A DNA stretch of 64,000 bases from Candidatus Hydrothermarchaeum profundi (GTDB lineage: Archaea; Hydrothermarchaeota; Hydrothermarchaeia; Hydrothermarchaeales; Hydrothermarchaeaceae), in assembly GCA_002011125.2 (NCBI GenBank), contig MTMF02000009.1, forward strand, positions 1,768,989 through 1,832,988, given 5' to 3'. Positions 59,057 through 64,000 of this stretch are shown here, in pieces. The position numbers were made by a program, and so were the translations under genes. Numbering within the stretch: the stretch's first letter is position 1; each line of letters begins with the position of its first letter. The notes under the pieces were generated by a model, which was given only the letters and a program-made list of their open reading frames with translations, was not told the DNA's origin and searched no databases.

Positions 59057-60757
59057 ATGAAACACGTGTTTTTAGTTCTTATTCCTCTAATCCTCCTAGC
59101 GCAGGGTGTATATGCAGATGAACTGACGGAGAAATTTGATAAAGACTACACTTCATATGAAGAATCTATTACGGGGAGGGCTTCAATGGCAATTATAGAC
59201 TTTGACTCTGATGGAAAAATGGACGGCGTCGCTATCCTAGATGTAAAGAGTAGTAGAGTTCTTGCCATAAGCTTTAGCGGCCCTTTAAATCTCCTTTGGA
59301 AGAAATCCGTTAAGCCTGGGTTGACTGAGGGGATAATAATAGCCGCAGATATAACTGGAGATGGACGTAAAAATGAAGTCGTGGTAGGTTCCGGTAAGAC
59401 CTACGTCTTTGACTCCTCAGGAAATGTAGAATGGACTTTTGAAAGTGGAGCGGCAGTATATTCTATAGCAACTGCTGATCTTGACGAAGATGGCACTCCC
59501 AATGACTTAGTTATAGGAGCTCATGGGGTATTATATGTTGTTGACCACAATGGAAAGTCTCTATGGAATATCACTGGACTTGCCGCAAGTGTTGAAGCAG
59601 TGACATCTCTTGACCTAAATAAAAACGGTAAACCTGAAGGAGTCGCGTATGCCACAAGCAAGTTTCTCTATGTCACAGATTCAGAGGGTAAGCAACTTTG
59701 GACTAGAAGCCTCCCAAAAAATATATTCTCGGCGATCTCACTTGACCTAGACGGGGATGGATACTCCTCAGAAATAGTAGTGGCATCGTCTAATGGCAAT
59801 GTTACTGCATATGACTCCGAGGGAAACTACTTGTGGAGTTATTTTGCTTACACAAGCGAGGGCAGGAGAATAAAGCTTTACAAGGCAGACCTGGATTCAG
59901 ACGGTATTGTAAATAATGTGATAATCCAAGCAGATGTTTTGCATGCCTTAAATCCAGACGGTACTAATAAATGGAAATTCAACGTAGGAATAGATTCTTT
60001 ATCCTCTATAGACTTTAACTCAGACGGATCTTATGAGGGATTAATCGGAGGCACTAAGTCAAAAATATATGCTATTAACCCCCTCGGTCAACAGGTAGGA
60101 TTTTATGATGAGGATAGTCAGAAGTTTAAGCCCTATAATAAGACTGGAGCTGAGATAGCGATAAGTGCAGCAGACTTAGATGGAGATGGCTATCTAGATG
60201 ACGTAATAGGCATAGGAAAAAACACAATATTCGCTTTGAACCATATATCTCTCGCACCGGCGCCCGAAACTCCTCCTCCAGTAACTGAGATAAAAGTCGA
60301 CTTAGGACCTGATATAGAAGTCACAGAGGGTGCTGTGGTTACCTTGACTGCCGAGGCTACGCCAAGCACAGCATCTGGAAGAATAGAACTGTATAAGTGG
60401 AGCGTGGATGGAGTAGATAAAAGCGCTGGAAGGGACGTAAAGGCCTTCAGCATAACACTTCCACCAGGCACCCATACCATAAAAGTTTCAGTCGTAGACG
60501 ACAGAGGAGAAAAAGCTGAAGATACGGTCACAATCACCGTGAAGCCGGTTTCAACTCCTCTACCGCAAACTACTGCGCCACCAACTACCACGCCAATAGA
60601 GACTACCCCGCCCCCAACAACTGTGCCTCCACTGGCTGAAGAGAAACCTCCTATTCCATGGTTATATCTCCTAATTGGTGTGATAATAGGCATCGTGGTA
60701 GTAGGGATAATTGCATTGGTAATGTTAAGAGGTAAATCCGGGGAAGAGTGGGAATAA
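59057..60757 (+). CDS. Paralogous surface protein: FG-GAP/PQQ-like beta-propeller, PKD-like domain, Thr/Pro stalk, C-terminal TM
   Basis: Signal peptide from ATG 59057; D-x-D-x-D-G repeats, DLGPD..V.EG, TTAPPTTT, TM then EEWE. Confidence 0.82.
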   Translation: MKHVFLVLIPLILLAQGVYADELTEKFDKDYTSYEESITGRASMAIIDFDSDGKMDGVAILDVKSSRVLAISFSGPLNLLWKKSVKPGLTEGIIIAADITGDGRKNEVVVGSGKTYVFDSSGNVEWTFESGAAVYSIATADLDEDGTPNDLVIGAHGVLYVVDHNGKSLWNITGLAASVEAVTSLDLNKNGKPEGVAYATSKFLYVTDSEGKQLWTRSLPKNIFSAISLDLDGDGYSSEIVVASSNGNVTAYDSEGNYLWSYFAYTSEGRRIKLYKADLDSDGIVNNVIIQADVLHALNPDGTNKWKFNVGIDSLSSIDFNSDGSYEGLIGGTKSKIYAINPLGQQVGFYDEDSQKFKPYNKTGAEIAISAADLDGDGYLDDVIGIGKNTIFALNHISLAPAPETPPPVTEIKVDLGPDIEVTEGAVVTLTAEATPSTASGRIELYKWSVDGVDKSAGRDVKAFSITLPPGTHTIKVSVVDDRGEKAEDTVTITVKPVSTPLPQTTAPPTTTPIETTPPPTTVPPLAEEKPPIPWLYLLIGVIIGIVVVGIIALVMLRGKSGEEWE

Positions 60758-60845
60758 CATCCAGACATTTCGCAAGGACTTAAGAATCTCTTTGTAGTTT
60801 TGGAAAGATTTATTAAATAGTAATAGTTAAGGGTTTTTGATTTCC

Positions 60846-61760
60846 ATGCCTATCCAAGAAGTAGAAAAAATATGGATGAACGGTAAGCTGGTAAAATGGC
60901 ACGACGCCAAGATACACGTGCTTACCCATGCCCTCCACTACGGCTCTGGCGTATTCGAGGGGATACGATGCTATAATACAGTAAAAGGTCCTGCTGTTTT
61001 TAGGCTGCGAGATCATATTGACAGACTTTTCGACTCAGCTAGGCTCTACTTCATGGAGATACCCTATTCTCGCGAAGAAATAATCTCTGCTTGCAAGGAG
61101 GTTATCAGGGCCAATAAGCTTAAAGAATGCTATATAAGGCCTATAGCTTATAGAGGCTATGGAGAAATGGGTCTAAATCCCCTGAACTGCCCAGTAGATA
61201 TTGCAATAGCGGTCTGGCCTTGGGGAGCCTATCTAGGGGAAGAGGGCCTAAAAAAAGGTATTAGAGTTAAAACCTCAACTTTTCAGAGAATTTCCTCCAA
61301 TGTCATTCCCCCGATTGCTAAGGCTACTGGACAATATATTAACTCTATTCTAGGGAAGCTTGAATCACTCCACGCGGGATACGATGAGGCTATAATGCTA
61401 GACTATAGAGGCTTTGTCTCAGAGGGTCCTGGTGAGAACCTTTTCATAGTCAAGAAGGGCCTGATTTACACTCCGCCAAGCAATGCGAGTATCTTAATAG
61501 GTATAACTAGAAATTCGGTTATAACTATAGCGAGAGAGCTTGGGTATGAGGTGATTGAGAGGGATATAACTAAGAACGAACTATATTTAGCGGATGAGGT
61601 CTTTTTCACAGGTACTGCAGCCGAGATCACGCCGATTAGAGAAATAGATGGCTATCAAATAGGAAACCCAGGAGAGGTTACTAAGAGCATTCAGCAAAAA
61701 TTCTTCAAGATAATTAAGGGAGAAGACGAGAGATATATGGAATGGCTGGATTTCCTCTGA
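60846..61760 (+). CDS. ilvE: Branched-chain amino acid aminotransferase
   Basis: [26 protein letters not shown] (PLP Lys), EGPGEN, GITR, FTGTAAE. Confidence 0.96.
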   Translation: MPIQEVEKIWMNGKLVKWHDAKIHVLTHALHYGSGVFEGIRCYNTVKGPAVFRLRDHIDRLFDSARLYFMEIPYSREEIISACKEVIRANKLKECYIRPIAYRGYGEMGLNPLNCPVDIAIAVWPWGAYLGEEGLKKGIRVKTSTFQRISSNVIPPIAKATGQYINSILGKLESLHAGYDEAIMLDYRGFVSEGPGENLFIVKKGLIYTPPSNASILIGITRNSVITIARELGYEVIERDITKNELYLADEVFFTGTAAEITPIREIDGYQIGNPGEVTKSIQQKFFKIIKGEDERYMEWLDFL

Positions 61761-61823
61761 TTTTCTGCTATTTTTTAGAATTTAAACGCAAAAATATTAT
61801 TTGGTGAGTGGATTATTTTATTT

Positions 61824-61897
61824 GCCCACGTAGTATAGTCCGGATAGTACTCGGGGCTTCGGACCCCGTAACCCGGGTTCAAATCCCGGCGTGGGCA
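61824..61897 (+). tRNA. tRNA-Arg (anticodon TCG) with a Glu-like body
   Basis: GCCCACG/CGTGGGC acceptor, D-arm GTAT-AGTCCGGATA-GTAC, CGGGG-CTTCGGA-CCCCG anticodon arm, CCGGG-TTCAAAT-CCCGG T-arm. Confidence 0.9.
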
Positions 61898-61992
61898 TAT
61901 CATATTCAGATGAAGTTGAAAAATGAGTATTGGTTTGAGGTAATTCAGCTTCCTATATAAAGTAAAAAAAAGAAGTAGATAAGGGGAGAAAA

Positions 61993-63381
61993 GTGCTTAA
62001 AAAGATAAAGAAACATTTACTGGGATTAGCAATTGGAAGTAGTGGCTGGATAATTTTAGCTACTTATATAATCTACGAGTATAGGGAATTTGGAGCTTTT
62101 AGCAAGCTGTTAGAGCACTTTGGAGAATCATCGCCCCTTGTCTTATTATTTCATATAATGATTCTACTAGCTCCAGTAATGTCTACATTACTTGGCTATT
62201 TAGCTGAGAAGAAAACAGAACTACAAAAAGAACTGGCAGAGGCAAAGGAATTCCTTGAGAATATAATTGAGAGTTCCGCAGATTCTATAATTACTCTTGA
62301 CAAAGATGGGAGAATTATCCAATGGAATAAGAGCGCTGCAAGGATATTCGGATACGAGGATGCCCTAGGCAAAGAAGCATCAATTATAATTCCAGATGAG
62401 TTAATTGAAGAACATAAAAAAGCCCTAGAAATGGCTAATGAGCGTGGCGTCTATAACTATGAAACAACAAGAGTAACTAAGGATGGGCAAAGAATACCCG
62501 TAGAGATATCAACGTCTATACTCAAGGACAGGAAAGGAAACATATTAGGATACATCGAGATACTTAGAGATATAACTGAAAGAAAGGAAGCAGAGCGTAA
62601 ACTAAGGGAGAGCAGAGACGCTTATGTGAAGCTGCTTCAAGAAAAACACAGAGCACATAAGGAACTCCAAGCAGCATATAATGAATTAAAAACTCTTGAT
62701 AAAATGAAAGCTGATATCATTGCAAATGTCCGTCATGAACTTAAAACGCCTATAACCATAGTTAAGGGAGCTCTTGAACTGCTAGAAGAAGAAATAGATG
62801 GTAACACCAAGCTTGAACTAATAAAAAGAGCTAAAAAGGCGATTCGACGGCAAGAGAAAATCATTGACGACCTTATTGAAGCGGCTGAGCTGGGAAAAAG
62901 GAAACCTATGATAAAACTAAGGCCTATTGAGATAAAGAGCATAATAACTGACGCAATTGAAGAGGCTCGTCAAAATGCTGCAGGTAAGAATATCAGAATA
63001 GATGCATCCATCCAAGAAAAGTTGCCGCAAGTAGTGGGAGATAGCGAGAGTCTAAAGCATGTACTCAGGAATCTGCTAGATAATGCGATAAAGTTCAACC
63101 AACAGGGGGGAAAAGTCTTCGTAGAGGCAAGAGAAAAAGGGGAGTTCGTCGAAGTAAGCATACAGGATACAGGTATAGGCATTGCTAGTGAACATCTCAA
63201 CAAAATCTTTGAACCATTATACCAGGTCGACTCCTCGTCAACTAGGAGATACAGTGGAACAGGAATGGGGCTCGCTGTGGCAAAGGAGATAATTAAACTC
63301 CATCACGGAGATATCGGTGTAGAGAGTACACCTGGTAAAGGCTCTAAGTTCTGGTTTAGAATACCTAAGAGAAAAAAATAA
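61993..63381 (+). CDS. Membrane-bound PAS-domain sensor histidine kinase
   Basis: Two TM helices, PAS (WNKSAARIFGY, KDG..IPV, RDITERK), H-box HELKTP, NLLDNAIKF, DTGIG, GTGMGL, G.GS.F. Confidence 0.94.
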   Translation: MLKKIKKHLLGLAIGSSGWIILATYIIYEYREFGAFSKLLEHFGESSPLVLLFHIMILLAPVMSTLLGYLAEKKTELQKELAEAKEFLENIIESSADSIITLDKDGRIIQWNKSAARIFGYEDALGKEASIIIPDELIEEHKKALEMANERGVYNYETTRVTKDGQRIPVEISTSILKDRKGNILGYIEILRDITERKEAERKLRESRDAYVKLLQEKHRAHKELQAAYNELKTLDKMKADIIANVRHELKTPITIVKGALELLEEEIDGNTKLELIKRAKKAIRRQEKIIDDLIEAAELGKRKPMIKLRPIEIKSIITDAIEEARQNAAGKNIRIDASIQEKLPQVVGDSESLKHVLRNLLDNAIKFNQQGGKVFVEAREKGEFVEVSIQDTGIGIASEHLNKIFEPLYQVDSSSTRRYSGTGMGLAVAKEIIKLHHGDIGVESTPGKGSKFWFRIPKRKK

Positions 63382-63442
63382 GGTATAGCATATTTTTCTG
63401 AAGATAACTATTTTTATATAACCCCTAGCGGAGGTAATTAAC

Positions 63443-64000
63443 ATGTCTGGAAAGAGGACTCTCATTCTCCTATTGCTAAGTTTCATCGCAGGGGCAGTAG
63501 GAGGAGCAACTAGTATACTGCTGCTCTCTGATTATCTCGTACAATACCCAGAGGGCCCTTCCCAAATAATAAACATGAACGTTACCTCTACCCAAGAAGA
63601 AGTTATTAAAAGCGTTTATGAAAAAGTTGCTCCTTCCGTAGTTCATATCACGTCTACTGTGCTAAAAAGGAACTTCTTTTTTGAAATAATACCGCAACAG
63701 GGCACTGGTTCGGGGGTTGTAGTGGATAAGAATGGATATATCTTAACCAACAACCACGTCATAGCGGATGCTAGCACTATTGAAGTAACTCTAGCAAATG
63801 GTAAAAAATATGGTGGAGAACTCATCGGAGCCATACCAGAGCTGGACATCGCTGTCATCAAAGTGGATGCTCCACCAGATGAGCTGAATCCCGCTTCTTT
63901 TGGAAACTCAGATAAACTTAGCGTAGGAACTTTCGTTATGGCTATAGGCAATCCTTTCGGCCTAGATAGAACGGCTACATTCGGAATAGTGAGCGCATTG
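63443..64000 (+). CDS. HtrA/DegP-like trypsin serine protease with N-terminal membrane anchor, truncated by the window edge
   Basis: Manual translation MSGKRTLILLLLSFIAGAVGG...PSVVHI...GTGSGVV..NGYILTNNHV...DIAVIKV...AIGNPFGL..TATFGIVSAL. Confidence 0.92.
   Translation, partial: MSGKRTLILLLLSFIAGAVGGATSILLLSDYLVQYPEGPSQIINMNVTSTQEEVIKSVYEKVAPSVVHITSTVLKRNFFFEIIPQQGTGSGVVVDKNGYILTNNHVIADASTIEVTLANGKKYGGELIGAIPELDIAVIKVDAPPDELNPASFGNSDKLSVGTFVMAIGNPFGLDRTATFGIVSAL

Noticed and set aside
61824-61897. Reassignment of CGA to Glu suggested by the Glu-like tRNA(UCG)
   Set aside because: CGA falls at conserved Arg positions in this window (DnaJ AYRRLA, GrpE VIRYS, thermosome ALRASH), and the tRNA has the Arg determinant A20.
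1373-63951. Many antisense or overlapping ORFs in the track (e.g. 24329-24997, 27224-27796, 36382-36981, 28432-28923, 44568-45224, 60190-60768, 63643-63951)
   Set aside because: They are shadows of well-supported genes on the opposite strand; Ser/Phe/Leu-rich translations are the expected mirror of Glu/Lys-rich genes.
1-64000. CRISPR array, rRNA, intact IS transposase, tRNA introns, Sec/Pyl read-through
   Set aside because: I saw no regularly spaced repeats, rRNA-like tracts, transposase motifs, intron insertions in the three tRNAs, or in-frame stops splitting conserved genes.

Overview
64-kb, gene-dense window of an anaerobic euryarchaeal-type chromosome. The content (methanofuran synthesis mfnD/mfnF, ACDS cdhC-cooC-cdhD-cdhE, alternative shikimate entry aroA'/aroB', single-unit EndA, thermosome together with DnaK/DnaJ/GrpE, RadC, CWB2-repeat surface proteins) fits a Wood-Ljungdahl archaeon such as Ca. 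Hydrothermarchaeota; this taxonomy is inference. About 50 CDS and three intron-less tRNAs (Glu-CTC, Pro-TGG, Arg-TCG) were found, with no rRNA or CRISPR. Accessory parts: a Type IIG restriction-modification gene next to radC, a decayed integrative element at tRNA-Glu, a frameshifted vapC, a broken nucleotidyltransferase and an AT-rich AAA+/DUF4143 gene at tRNA-Pro. Best leads: (1) a MinD/ParA ATPase and a neighbouring HeH/SAP-like coiled-coil protein that share a repeated CdvA/SHOCT-like helical module, a candidate segregation or division system; (2) an S-layer gene with two apparently identical 976-bp units that avoid A-ending codons, while their diverged linker does not; (3) a CWB2-TM-wHTH membrane regulator facing a 1756-aa CWB2 surface protein; (4) a 1121-aa pure coiled-coil protein with a divergent wHTH gene; (5) two promoter-associated hairpins with C-rich or anti-Shine-Dalgarno tracts; (6) a tRNA-Arg(UCG) on a Glu-like scaffold. 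All family calls come from motif recognition by eye; no database searches were run.
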